64,000 bases of DNA from contig CAIIXF020000001.1 in the NCBI GenBank assembly GCA_903813345.2, forward strand, positions 26,164,001-26,228,000. The letters are read 5' to 3'. Positions 26,201-38,600 of the stretch are shown one piece after another. The notes under the pieces are model-generated. The model was not told the DNA's origin and made no database searches. It worked only from the letters and a program-made list of their open reading frames with translations. Source of the stretch: Owenia fusiformis (Eukaryota). Position numbers and translations under genes: made by a program. Within the stretch, counting starts at the first letter, position 1, and each line of letters opens with the position of its first letter.

Positions 26201-29200
26201 TTTTATTATTTATTTTGTTTTTTTATTTTTATTTATTTTTTATTTTTTGCATGATGTGACATCTTTATTTTCTTAAGTTTGTGTGTCTTGTAAAACAAAG
26301 TTGTTGCACAGTTTTGGTACAGTGTTAGTGTGTATTTAGAAATAAAAAACCACTTCTCTGATCTTGAGAGTTATTGCTAATTATTGGGTGTTGAACGATT
26401 TCAGTGATGCATGATTTATTTGAAAGTTACAAAGGGAAAGAAATAATTGTTTATCAAAGTTCTGCGATGATACCCAGACCTCAACGTACTGTATTGTAAT
26501 GTTGGCATTTTAGGATCTGCATTCATCCATGGGCTTTCAACTTTCTATGATTCCCATGATTCATTATACTGCCAAGTTCGCCAATACTTAGCATAGCACA
26601 GAATTATGAGATCTGGTTATTACCGAAAACCTGTGTAAGTTGAACATCATTGGTTAGATTTCCATTTGTGGTGTTCCACTTGTAGAGGTGGTACAATAAT
26701 TTGAAGTCATGGGACTTTGAAGTGTTCAACTTAAGATGTATTCCACTAGACAGGTTTTCTCGTATATGCAAAATAACTTTTTGCGAGGGTTAGATCTCTA
26801 CAGTATAGCTTTTTAATGATTGTCCATACTGCAAAAGGATCATGCAACACTCATTACATGCAAGTCTCAAAGATTGAAGAGATGCCTGTATTACATTAAT
26901 GATGTTAATCAGCACTAGTATATATTATACTAGTATATATAATTATATTTTTTGGTTTCTTCTAGATAGGTGGCTGGTTGTAGCTATGAAGCTATTCATC
27001 ATCGCACAGTAATGAGAATTTATATTTTATGTTTGAATGTTTTCTGTAGGCTGACCCCGCCACAAAACTCATGTTAGCAGATATGGTGAGAATCAGCTAG
27101 TTACCAATATATGCTTGCTTAGATAAGATATTGACATTTGAAATATTTGCTGAATCGTCTATATGTGTGTATTATATTACCAGCTAGCTAGGAGGTGTTA
27201 GGGAATTTAAAGGAATAGTCAAAATATGTTGCATCAGATATGTAACCAATTCAGTTATGCAATTGACCCTCCCACCCTCTGCAAAGCTTAATTTACAAAT
27301 ATTTTATGTATACACTTACACAATTAAACCTCTTTCTTAGTATTCATTTCAATACTAAATTATTCACAACTCAATGTGCAGACCATAACTTTTTAAATCA
27401 TTTTGGTTTTTTTATCAATGTACATGTAGTTAAATTTTTGATCCAACATCCATCTTTTGTCAGCTTCCTTTATTCAATGTAGAATTCTATATGTTTAATA
27501 TAAGTCAAATATTTCATTCTATTAAGGTGAATATGTAAGTGTTATGTACTGGGAGGTTTTGAATACATGGTTCATCTCGTGGGAAATATATGTACAAGTT
27601 GTATATCTCCTCAATGACAGGAGTTATAAACCCTGTATCCAAAACTGATTGGATAACAAGTGTATCCCATACCTAGTGTGGTTCTAGATCTAGTACCTTC
27701 TTAGAATTTGAATTTTTTTTGAAAATAAATAGTGAAAATTTTTTAAGTTTAAAATGAATTTGAAAAGATATAACTTAATGAAGCGAGGCCAGATTGGATC
27801 TAACTGGATGTCTGGATCCACAATTATCTATAACAGGAGAAATATCCATCCAGCTCTTTAGGTACACTATATATTCCTGCATGCTATATACCTAGCACTG
27901 CATAAAATGTATGTATGGGATACATGTTCAAATGTCAATGATTCTCACAAGACATGCTCACTGAAACAGATTGGGATGAGAAATACACTTTCAAATAAAA
28001 TGAAATATTTTTGACCAATTATTAAGTAGTAGATATGCCAGTGAAATATTATCCTTAATTTGCTACAAAGCTTTAATTGTTATAACATAGTTGCTTTTCT
28101 GTAAGACAGCCATTAGTCTTGCATCCAGTCTTTGGATCCCCCTACATACTTCCTTTATGGAGTCAAGGTAAAGGTATGAAGGGGGTAGAATACTACAAAT
28201 ACAAGACTTAATCTATTGACTGTACCACAATGTAAACACCTGCTTCTGGACTCAGAGATTTACTGCTTTACAGATTAACGGAAAGTGACAATATAATGAG
28301 TGATCATACAACTTGTTTGCCTACTCAATTTTGTTTATATTTCTCCCTAGATGATAGAGACATTTTGTAAAATAATTTTTGTTTTCAGATTTCTTTCTTT
28401 GGAATGAAACACAGAATCTCTTTTTAGAATAGTCTTAAATCTGAATTTGTAAATTATTATTTATGAAGTTTTATTGATTAATTGAAAATTTCAAAAGCCA
28501 CCAAAATGTGATTACATATACTTTGCTCAATGACTATACATACATGTATTATAGATTAATTGTTGTAACAAAAGACAGTATGAATAAAATAGAAATGTTA
28601 ACCATATGTAAATCACTCCAATATACCTTGTCTTTTTTACCTTCAATTGTTATTCACAGGCATTGATTCGTATGGACAACAAACCCAAATCAAGATCTGC
28701 AGAGGGAGAGAAACACTGCCGTATGTTCCATCTGCATTGCTGGCCAAATGGGCATAAAATTCCAACTTCGAATCTTGCCATGATAGAATTGTTTAACATG
28801 GTCAACCAGTGGCAGATGGACACCAATGAAAGTGGGCCTATATTGGTTGTATCTAAGTAAGTGCTTATGATTTAAAATCATGTTATAGGTCTATATATTT
28901 TTATATGAAACATTTACACATATTTAATATATAGTATCCCAATTGTACATAAGAAGATAAGAACACAACCAAAATCTGAATATCCTCTTATATGATGCAT
29001 TGTATTTTAACCCTTTATTTTGTCAAAAGCCTATTTATTGAAGTACAAAACACTTTCACCTGCCTCATATCATTATTAAAACTCCATTCTTCCCAGGCCC
29101 ATGGGGCTACAGTCGTTTTTGTATTTGATTATTTGTGAAATCCTTTTACAGAAATGGAGTCAATAGGTGTGGTGTTTTCTGTGCCCTGAATATTGCATGT

Positions 29201-29912
29201 GACAAACTCAACACTGAGGGAGAGATTGACATTTTCAAAGCAGTCAAGTGTGTAAAGATGAATCGACCTCAATTGGTCGATAGTATGGTGAGTTAGGGAC
29301 CAGATCAAAAAATCTTTTTCAATATACCATAACTTAACAAAGACTAAGACTTCTTGATCCAGTCATCTGTTTGTTAAACTTTGTTGTTAAAAGTTTGAGG
29401 ACACAAACTGACTACTTGTATCTGTATCCAGTCTAGTTCCAAATTAATGGGGGCCTCTCCTAAGAATCAAAGTTAAATGAATGCAAAGGGTACACATTGG
29501 GTTCCACCTTAATGTAATTAGTTTGCGACATGATGATGGTGATAATGAATGATGTTACCCCCAATGGTCATGTTGCATAATACATATCTGTTTATCATTA
29601 GGCTTCCTGCTGTAACATAGTGATAACTTGAGAACTAGTGATCAGATTAACATAACTCATAAATATGTCCAAAAATTAAATGGAATTATGTGTATTTCTT
29701 ACTACTTTCAGATGGAGTATATCTACTGCTACACCTTCATGGTGGTATTACTGGAGCTATTACAGAACAGTTATCTCCAAGGTATTATACCTAGGATTCT
29801 CGTTACAGAAGAGGAGAGACATGCCTTGGCCAACTCACCCTATATCTATGATAACCAAGCTTACACTGGACAAGGAGCTGAGCTTGAACCACATTCTAGT
29901 ACATATATTTAA
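14211..29912 (+). CDS. Receptor-type protein tyrosine phosphatase-like gene (TM + tandem D1/D2 PTP domains), spliced
   Basis: Phase-consistent AG/GT exons: 14211-14322 (TM LVWAFLCSAFTIFGLLLATLVYC), 14461-14525, 16546-16892, 17041-17134 (KNSYPDVLP), [17998-18074 or 19385-19464] (DYINA), 20158-20194 (YIAAMG), 20338-20435 (DFWQMVWQE), 20917-21033, 21245-21396 (WSEHDCP...VLVHCS), 21711-21846 (SGGGRTG), 22172-22321, 22483-22582, 22827-22903 (DYINAV), 23229-23369 (YIATQWP), 23646-23786, microexons at 24121-27085, 28660-28856 (WPNG...ILVVS), 29152-29287 (KNGVNRCG), 29712-29912 (stop after ...SSTYI). Confidence 0.95.
17998..18074 (+). CDS. PTP D1 mutually exclusive exon, variant A (YDYNRVLLEEPKDYPLTDYINATYLD)
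   Basis: CTTTCAG acceptor and GAT|GTAAGT donor, 77 nt, phase 1 to phase 0. Carries the DxxRVxL and DYINA motifs. Confidence 0.88.
18865..19072. mobile_element. MITE family with CAGG..C.TAGCCAGG/CCTGGCTACGG.CCTG ends (copy at 24337-24500; relatives ~13851-14047 and ~14650)
   Basis: Terminal inverted repeats and a near-identical interior in 18865-19072 and 24337-24500. Short flanking direct repeats (GAGCTC; TATCCA). Confidence 0.7.
19385..19464 (+). CDS. PTP D1 mutually exclusive exon, variant B (FDHNRVILQEDTGDDYPTDYINASYID)
   Basis: TTTTCAG acceptor and GAT|GTGAGT donor, 80 nt, phase 1 to phase 0. Paralogous to 17998-18074. Confidence 0.9.
19444..19975. repeat. 41-bp tandem array derived from the 3' end and donor site of PTP exon variant B
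   Basis: Unit ATAAATGCTTCATATATTGAT|GTGAGTAGATCACTGGGTAT, about 13 full or partial copies. The first copy overlaps the exon. Confidence 0.95.
24121..24168 (+). CDS. PTP D2 microexon, 48 nt (PKKYVNVMSDLSEAGE)
   Basis: TGATTTATAG acceptor and GAG|GTAGGT donor, phase 0-0, open frame. Confidence 0.7.
25083..25103 (+). CDS. PTP D2 microexon, 21 nt (RLFGINS)
   Basis: TTTTTTGTCCAG acceptor and AGT|GTAAGT donor, phase 0-0. The peptide start is shared with 25674-25706. Confidence 0.7.
25150..25625. repeat. Degenerate ~20-bp tandem repeat between the two RLFGI microexons
   Basis: Recurrent CATGTCATCACAATAG(C/T)AC-like units. Confidence 0.65.
25674..25706 (+). CDS. PTP D2 microexon, 33 nt (RLFGIPLFPNA)
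   Basis: GTTTTACATCTAG acceptor and GCT|GTAAGT donor, phase 0-0. Encodes the same RLFGI as 25083 using different codons. Confidence 0.7.
27050..27085 (+). CDS. PTP D2 microexon, 36 nt (ADPATKLMLADM)
   Basis: TTTTCTGTAG acceptor and ATG|GTGAGA donor, phase 0-0, open frame. Confidence 0.7.
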
Positions 29913-32900
29913 TGAGGTGGAGATCTTGTACATTGTAGTATATGGTAAAGCCTACATAGGATAGGAACATGCCTTTACATGGATGCATGCCTTAAAGCCT
30001 GTCTCTTACATGAGAGCATGCCTACAGTATGAGGCTCAAACACTGATCTGATAAAGAAACAAATAAGACAGAGTGAACATTCCAAATTATTGGATGGAGA
30101 ATCTAAAAATCTACCATTCACATTCACAAAATGTACTTGTTGGTTGAATTGATCAAAATTGGGAACAGAAAAATTGGGCACTGGAAATTTGCTGGTATGT
30201 CTAGAATATCAAACTATTTACATGTATTTGATACAGAATCAAGAACATTACATTTTATGTCAAAAATTGAAATTGAAAGCTTACTAATAATACAATATAT
30301 GTAGTTTTAGTATTGTTTTTAGTTTTGTATGTGCCTTAAAACTGCCAAATAGTTTTAAAATATATGTAATTACACATTAATATAATTAACTTCAGAGGTT
30401 TTGATAACATGGAGTCATTGAACAATCATGTAAATAGAAGCACAATAACTGTTTTGAAAGTGTGTGAAAATCTACTTTTCTACATACAATGAATTGTTAT
30501 TCTAAATCATCTAGGATGTTTTTTGTCGTTTTTGCATTTGGTCTTTTAAGTACAATTGTATGTTCAAAGGGTACATACTGCCCTGTTAGTACTATTCTAC
30601 AGTGTATTCTAAGCTCTTCGACATTTAAAAAGTCACTCAACTTTTTTTGTGATTATGAGTCAAAGAAAGCATTCTTGAGTTTCAAATTGACTTCTGTGGT
30701 AACTTGAAACCATCTTCTAATTTATTCCACTTACCTTTTATTGTTTCTCCAAATATATTCTTTGAAAATCGGATTTTAAAGGCGTTAATCAGGGCAATTC
30801 TCTGCCATTTTGATCAAAAATCTTGTTGCTACCTAGAAACGAGCAATTGTGATCTTGTTGTTTCCTAGGAACTAGCAACTGTGATGTCACGTCACACCAT
30901 GGGCTTTCAATTTCTAGTTGAAAGCCCATGGTCACACTCATGTGAATTCTGGAATCACATGGCAGCCATTTTGGAAATTTCAAAAAAGTTCCCAATTAAA
31001 AAGGCTAAATGCTGTTTACAAATTGGAAAAAACGATTGCAGAATCAACAAAAGGTTTGTGAAATAATTAGGATAAGGTTTCAAAATTATGCATATGACAA
31101 TATATGACTACTAAATGCAGGCAGGGACTTTTAATTGCCAAAAAGTTCAGTATCAAAAAGCATTGGTATCTACCTTAGTAAGGTACATGTACTCAGGTTC
31201 CTCAGATGGCGGCGTATTCTTTGGGTGCAGTTGCACCCCCTCTGAAATCTCAGAAAAATCCCTGAGGAAATAATGTCATAACAGCTATCAGTTCTTTATA
31301 TTTTGCTTAGTGTACAATGATCTTCTTAATTTTACGCTTTGCTTACTGCATTTTGTTTAATTAGGATGAAAATGGAAATTAAGCAATCATAATGGATCTA
31401 AACTCAATGTATGTCTGATGTCATATGACCATTTTCTGTAAAAAATTAGTTAATTAGTGTCTGATGGCCAGGCCTGATAGTGTACCTTTCAACCACTCTT
31501 ATACTATTTTAACATACTTTCAGATCCAATGTATGAATCACTTACAATTGTTTGTTTGTATATACATCTGTACATTTATGTGCAATAACATTCCATGTAT
31601 AAAATAATTTACATGTGAAAAATGTTCTAATACAACTGTATGAAATAGAATTGATAAATAAAAACAATTCAGTCTTTTGCATGTCCCATAAGCTGGTAAT
31701 TAGGTAATTATTGGTAATCATTAAACCAGACCTAGCAAAACAAATTAATATGGATGAATCGAAAGATTTTATCAAAATATGTATAAGTAATTACAGTTGA
31801 CAGGCAGAGAACAATGTGTTATCCAGGGGTTCATTAACAGGAATTCCTATATCAATTTATCGTAACCATGAATATAATGACCTGAATGATGTCACAGTGG
31901 TCAAGCAAAAAATTGTTTAATTTTTTCCAATGGAAATACTTTTTCCTCTGAAAGACAAGTCTCGGTTTGTTATATGTAAAAATATCAAAACTGTCCGAAG
32001 CAGGCGTAACGTGCAGTACATTGATTCAATAAAAGACAAGTCTCGATTTAGAGAAAGAAGTTTATCAGTCAGTCAGTGTACTGCGCTAATAATTTTTTTA
32101 TGAAACAGAAATATCACCCAAATTAAAGGGGCAACAAGGCCTGTAGAGAGAAAAATTTTAACTTTTTCTGAGCTATCAAGGCAACATTTGGCTTAACATC
32201 TTCTTTGATATAGCCTACCTATTTTCTTAAAATGTATGGATAAACTATCAATTTCAGCATTAAGAACTGTAAATTCAGTTCAAATGTTCAAAAGGGGAAA
32301 TCCACTTTTATATTTTTAAGATCCACCATGTTTCAAGAGGAATATCAGCTGAAATAATGTTTATCTATGGGGTTTCTAAAAATAAATGTAAGTCTTGATG
32401 AAATATCTAAACTTAAATATATTTTGACACTGGCACATGACCATTGAATAATTGGATCTCTGCACTAGGCCTAATCGTTGCACCTAAATTGGATATTCAA
32501 AAGAGGACATTTAAAATCTACAATATGTAAAAATATCAAAATTGTCCAAAGTAGGCTACAAAACTACTTTCAAACCATTCATGAACATGAATATAAAATA
32601 AACAGAACAACTACATGAACATAAAACTTAAACACTAACACTTTTTGGCATACCTGTACATACAGGTAGGTTAGATAATTACCTGGTGAAAATTATTGAA
32701 TGCAATTTGTCATCACATCCTCCTTCTCATCAACATGACCTTTTCGGTTTTGATATCAGTCTATCAATTTCAGTATTTTTAAATTCACTTCTGAACTAAA
32801 GGATCTAGTGCGCCCTCCATTATGATCTCCCCATGAACAAAAATAAATGCATCTGATTTTTCAAAATAAATATACTGCTTTTATTATTACATTTATATGT

Positions 32901-33050
32901 ACACTAGTATCTTGTTGTCCTATATTCAGCACTGTATTGATGGATGTGCCATTTGCTTGAACTTAGAATCAGTATGATATACAGGTACCTTGTAATTGTA
33001 ATGTGTCCATTTATAGAAAAACGTTACAATGCATTTTGTATTCAATGATA

Positions 33051-35610
33051 GATGTCAACCAACTAGACAAAATAACATCCTTGACTTAGTATTCACTACA
33101 TGCCCAAACCTCGCAGAAAGAATCTCGGTGGTTCCGGGCATGAGTGATCACGAGGCAGTCCTATGTGATATAAACCTAAAAATGAAAATTCAGAAAAAGA
33201 AGCCTCGTAAGGTCCACATATACAAGCGGGCAGAATGGACTGGACTTAAAGAGACTCTACGATCTAAGTTCAGCGAATTCAAAGAGAACTGTGAAAGTAG
33301 ATCAGTTGAAGACAACTGGTCCTCCTTCAAATCTACATTAATATCGTCAATCAATGAGCATATTCCAAGTAAAACTCTAAGTGGGAAATTCAAAGTACCC
33401 TGGATTACCACCAGGATACTGAGAATGATCCGACAGAAACAAAGACGATATAATGTTGCCAAACGTTCAAATGAACCTCATCATTGGCATAAATACAAAT
33501 CACTACGGAAATTAATCCATAGTGAAATTCGTAAAGAACATCAGCGCTACATCAACGATCTGCTTGACATTGATGAAAGCGAAATCATAAATGAGAATGT
33601 TCAGCACAAAGGCATTACCAAACGCTTCTGGAGCTACATAAAGTCTAAACGCAAAGATGCATCAGGTATCAGCGTGCTGCGTAACAAAGATGGCGACGAA
33701 ATAACAGACGCCGCCCAGAAAGCAAACATCCTCAATGACCAATACAATTCTGTATTCACAGATGAGGATGCCACTCTACCGACAATGGTACCTAGTCAAA
33801 TTCCTGAAATGCCAAATATCAAAATTTCGACAAAAGGAATTCACAAATTGCTAACTGGCCTAAATCCATCAAAAGCCACTGGACCCGATCTTATTCCGAC
33901 TAGGGTCCTGAAGGAATGCAGTGACAGCATATCACCATTCCTTCAAATAATTTTTCAACAGTCTATCGATGAAGGCTTAGTGCCTTTGGACTGGAAACAT
34001 GCCAATGTTACTGCTATCTACAAAAAGGGACGAAGAGATGAGGCTGTGAATTACAGGCCTGTATCTCTGACGTCAGTTCCATGTAAAATAATGGAACATA
34101 TTATATTCCATCATGTTATGGCCCACTTTGACCTCTATGAAATTCTAGTAAAATTCCAACATGGATTCAGGTCAAAGCACTCATGTGAAACACAACTTGT
34201 CAATACAATAGAGAATATAGCTCGGGCCCTCGACAACAATAAACAAACAGACATGTTGGTATTAGACTTTTCCAAAGCGTTTGACACGGTGGCTCACGAA
34301 CGCCTCTTGCTCAAACTCGACTATTATGGAATTCGCAATAATAACTTGAACTGGTTCAGATCCTGGCTTGTGGGAAGATCACAACAGGTAGTGCTCGATG
34401 GTGAATCAAGTTCAAAAACTCCAGTAAAATCAGGAGTTCCTCAAGGAACAGTTCTTGGACCACTCTGTTTCCTTGTGTATATCAATGATATGGGCAATAA
34501 CCTATCATCCTCAGCCAGTCTTAAGCTTTTTGCCGACGACAGCCTTTTATTCATGACAGTCGAAAGCAAGCAAGATGCATTAACACTACAGGAGAATCTT
34601 GATAAACTGGTCTCCTGGGCATCAACATGGCAAATGAAATTCCATCCATCAAAATGCTATGTGCTAAATATTCACAAAGGTAAATCCCCTATCATGCACA
34701 ATTACACCATGCTAGGGGAAAACCTTAAGTCGGTAACACACATCCCATACCTAGGAATTGACATCACAAATAACTTACGCTGGACTACACATATTCAAAC
34801 TATTGTATCCAAAGCCAATAAGGTGCTTGGATTTCTCAGGCGCAACCTCCATCAATGCCCTGAAAAAGTGAAGGCTCAGGCGTATAAGTCACTAGTCCGG
34901 CCTAATTTAGAGTATGCCAGCTCGGCATGGGATCCATACCGACAAAAAGATATTGATATGTTGGAACAGGTACAGAGAAGAGCAGCCAGGTTTGTAACCA
35001 AATGTCACTCAAGGGAACCAGGCTGCGTCACCAAAGCTCTTCAAGACCTACAGTAGGAGCCACTGAAGGAGCGTCGAGAGGCTGCTAGAGTTTTCCTTTT
35101 CTACAAAGGAAAGCAGAACCTAGCAGCCATCGACGTGCCTCCATACTTCCGCCAACAGATCAATACCAACACTAGGTTGTATCATCCTTCTAAGTTCATA
35201 CAACCATCAGCTAGAACGGATGCATACAAATTTAGCTATTTCCCTAGGACAATAGCTAAATGGAACACTCTACCTGGTGACATCTTAGACTGTGACAGTC
35301 TAAGTAGTTTTAAATCATCATATGCCTATGTCAATAACTGCAATTAAATAGGTGTGTTTTTAATATAGATCTATGTTTTAATGTAAAGGGTCCCCAGTGC
35401 ACAGCAACAAGCCTGCACTACTGGTAAAAGGGGGTGATGTCAACGCGGTAGCCTGACAGTCTCCCCAGGTAAAATGAGTTGTAAACCATAGATCTATTTT
35501 TAAATGTTAAGGTTTTAAATTATATTCTATTCAAATTCTATCACTGTTAAATTATATATCTGCTTTATATGGGCTTATTAGCCTTTTGCAGATTATTGAC
35601 ATAGACATAG
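33051..35610 (+). mobile_element. 5'-truncated non-LTR retrotransposon (CR1/L2-group LINE), copy A. ORF2 has the end of the APE domain plus RT and one premature stop.
   Basis: PTR..NILDLVFT (APE end), KATGPD, NYRPVSLTS, QHGFR, DFSKAFD, GVPQGTVLGP, LFADD. TAG at 35054-35056 where copy B has TGG; the frame continues to TAA at 35347. The 3' UTR ends in an (ACATAG)2 tail. Confidence 0.95.
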
Positions 35611-35698
35611 GCAAGTGAATATTAAAGTATTTTCGTTTCACCGTTGGCGTTAGTTTGGAGTTTAGACTGCATCCTTGAATATAGAATAATGTTAGAAG

Positions 35699-38600
35699 AT
35701 GAGTGAAGAAAAGCCCGTCAAATTACATCTTGATCGGGATATACCACCACGGTTACTTGCGAGAAGAGGTGCAATATCATTTGCCTCATACCCGAGGGAT
35801 ATTTGTAAGCCTAGATTTGAGGTAAGTCGGCGAATTTTCCTGATCAAATTTTGCATATTATTTAAAAATATTGATCACTGATTTTGAATTGATTCGATTC
35901 AATTTCAGATTTTATTATCTATGTGCTGATATTCTATCGATATGGTAATAGTGATGACGATTGTCGCATTGTGAAAAAATGTTCACACTTCTCGTCACAC
36001 ATTGATAGACTCATATTTTACAGTGGAGTCTTACTGTCTTATGTCTTATCGCATCCTACGACCCCTTTAGATTGTGGTCGTACGCGCGAATCATTGGTCA
36101 GTCAATGTTTTTACAAAGTTGGAGAAAATACTACGTATTGCACACCTAAATAACCTACCTCGATACATTCCTTAGTATTTTAGAATTCGTTTTATGTTGT
36201 TAGATCGCCAATATACCAATACGCGATAACATTTAGTTTTCGTTCAGTTTAGTTAACTCTCGTTTGAAGAGCTCTCATATACGGTACAACATCGTCTACA
36301 TCCGGGTTCTTTCCCATTGGATTACACAGGGGTGCTATTTTCAATGCCGCACTGCGACTTTATTAAACATTTATGTAGAGTTGCATTTGCAGAAATGAGA
36401 GGTATGTATGTAATTAAGATATATAACCAGGCTTTTTGAACTATAATCCCCAAATCCGAAGAAATCTGTAGTTGAAAATGCCGTCCAATTTCAGTGACGT
36501 CACTGATTTCCCAAATTGCTCAGACTTCATCGAAGATCGAAAAAATATCAATAATGTTACTTCGAATCTCCGATTATCTATCTGATTATTCAATAGCTTG
36601 GATCATATAACTATGCTTGAGGGCTGATGGAAGATCAGAAGCTGAGAAACGTTCAGAGTATAGACTCGTTCGGCGGGCCAATGAAAATTTGTCCCTTCCA
36701 AAGCGATGCATCATGGGAGATATTTATGTAAATTACCACCTGAACCCTTATCGCGAATAGGAGTATTGTATCGGTTTCTCTATGTCTATGTCAATAATCT
36801 GCAAAAGGCTAATAAGCCCATATAAAGCAGATATATAATTTAACAGTGATAGAATTTGAATAGAATATAATTTAACCTTAACATTTAAAAATAGATCTAT
36901 GGTTTACAACTATGTTGAATTACCCTGGGGCGACTGTCAGGCTACCGCATTGACATCACCCCTCTTTACCAGTAGTGCAGGCTTGTTGCTGTGCACTGGG
37001 GACCTTTTACATTAAAACATAGATCTATATTAAAAACACACCTATTTAATTGCAGTTATTGACATAGGCATAGTATGATGATTTAAAACTACTTAGACTG
37101 TCACAGTCTAAGATGTCACCAGGTAGAGTGTTCCATTTAGCTATTGTCCTAGGGAAATAGCTAAATTTGTATGCATCCGTTCTAGTTGATGGTTGTATGA
37201 ACTTAGAAGGATGGTACAACCTAGTGTTGGTATTGATCTGTAGGCGGAAGTATGGAGGCACGTGGATGGCTGCTAGGTTCTGCCTTCCTTTGTAGAAGAG
37301 GAAAACTCTAGCAGCCTCTCGACGCTCCTTCAGTGGCTCCCACTGTAGGTCTTGAAGAGCTTTGGTGACACAGCCTGGTTCCCTCGAGTGACATTTGGTT
37401 ACAAACCTAGCTGCTCTTCTCTGTACCTGTTCCAACATATCAATATCTTTTTGTCGGTATGGATCCCATGCCGAGCTGGCATACTCTAAATTAGGCCGGA
37501 CTAGTGACTTGTACGTCTGAGCCTTCACTTTTTCAGGGCATTGATGGAGGTTGCGCCTGAGGAATCCAAGCACCTTATTGGCTTTGGATACAATAGTTTG
37601 AATATGTGTAGTCCAGCGTAAGTTATTTGTGATGTCAATACCTAGGTATGGGATGTGTGTTATCGGCAGAACGAAGAGATTTTAGTTTTTACATCGGAAA
37701 TATGTCAGCAATTTTCAAAATGTCGGAAGGGGAATTCCCCAGGGATTTCCCTTATGACTGGTGCATGCCGGGAACTGAATGGAGGAATTTGATGGTTGAA
37801 ATAAGTTAAATATTACACGCAAATATTGCTATCAAAAACGAAAATCTCTTCGTTCTGCCGATAAACCCATACAATTGGCGATTCAACTACATAAAAAGAA
37901 TTCTAAAATACTAAGGAATGTATCGAGGTAGGTCATTTAGGTGTGCAATGCGTAGTATTTTCTCCAACTTTGTAAAAACATTGACTGACCAATGATTCGC
38001 GCGTACGACCACAATCTTAAGTGGTCGTAGAATTCGATAATCTATGTCTATGTCAATAATCTGCAAAAGGCTAATAAGCCCATGTAAAGCAGATATATAA
38101 TTTAACAGTAATAGAATTTGAATAGAATATAATTTAAGACCTTAACATTTAAAATAGATCTATGGTTTACAACTCATTTTAAGATTGAAAGGAACCTTCC
38201 TGGTTGGCCCCGGCCCCTGTACCCCCCTAGGAAGTGCCTTTATGTTGAAATACCCTGGGGCGACTGTCAGTCTACTGCGTTGACATCACCCCTTTTTACC
38301 AGTAGTGCAGGCTTGTTGCTGTGCACTGGGGACCTTTTACATAAAAAACATAGATCTCTATTAAAAACACACCTATTTAATTGCAGTTATTGAGATAGGC
38401 ATATGATGATTTAAAACTACTTAGACTGTCACAGTCTAAGATGTCATCAGGTAGAGTGTTCCATTTAGCTAAAGGACGATTCTCGGTTTGGAGAACAGTC
38501 TCCTGGGCTAATAATTTTTTTCATGAAAAATATTACCCAAATTAAACTATGAATATTCAAAAGAGGACATTTAAATCTACAAGATGTAAAAATAACAAAT

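Noticed and set aside
28351-28366. Strong acceptor (TTTCTCCCTAG) in a PTP intron
   Set aside because: No convincing in-frame donor follows.
33029-33050. ATG start of the 675-aa RT ORF as a real gene start
   Set aside because: The first codons appear to be flanking DNA fused to a 5'-truncated LINE, and most of the endonuclease domain is missing.
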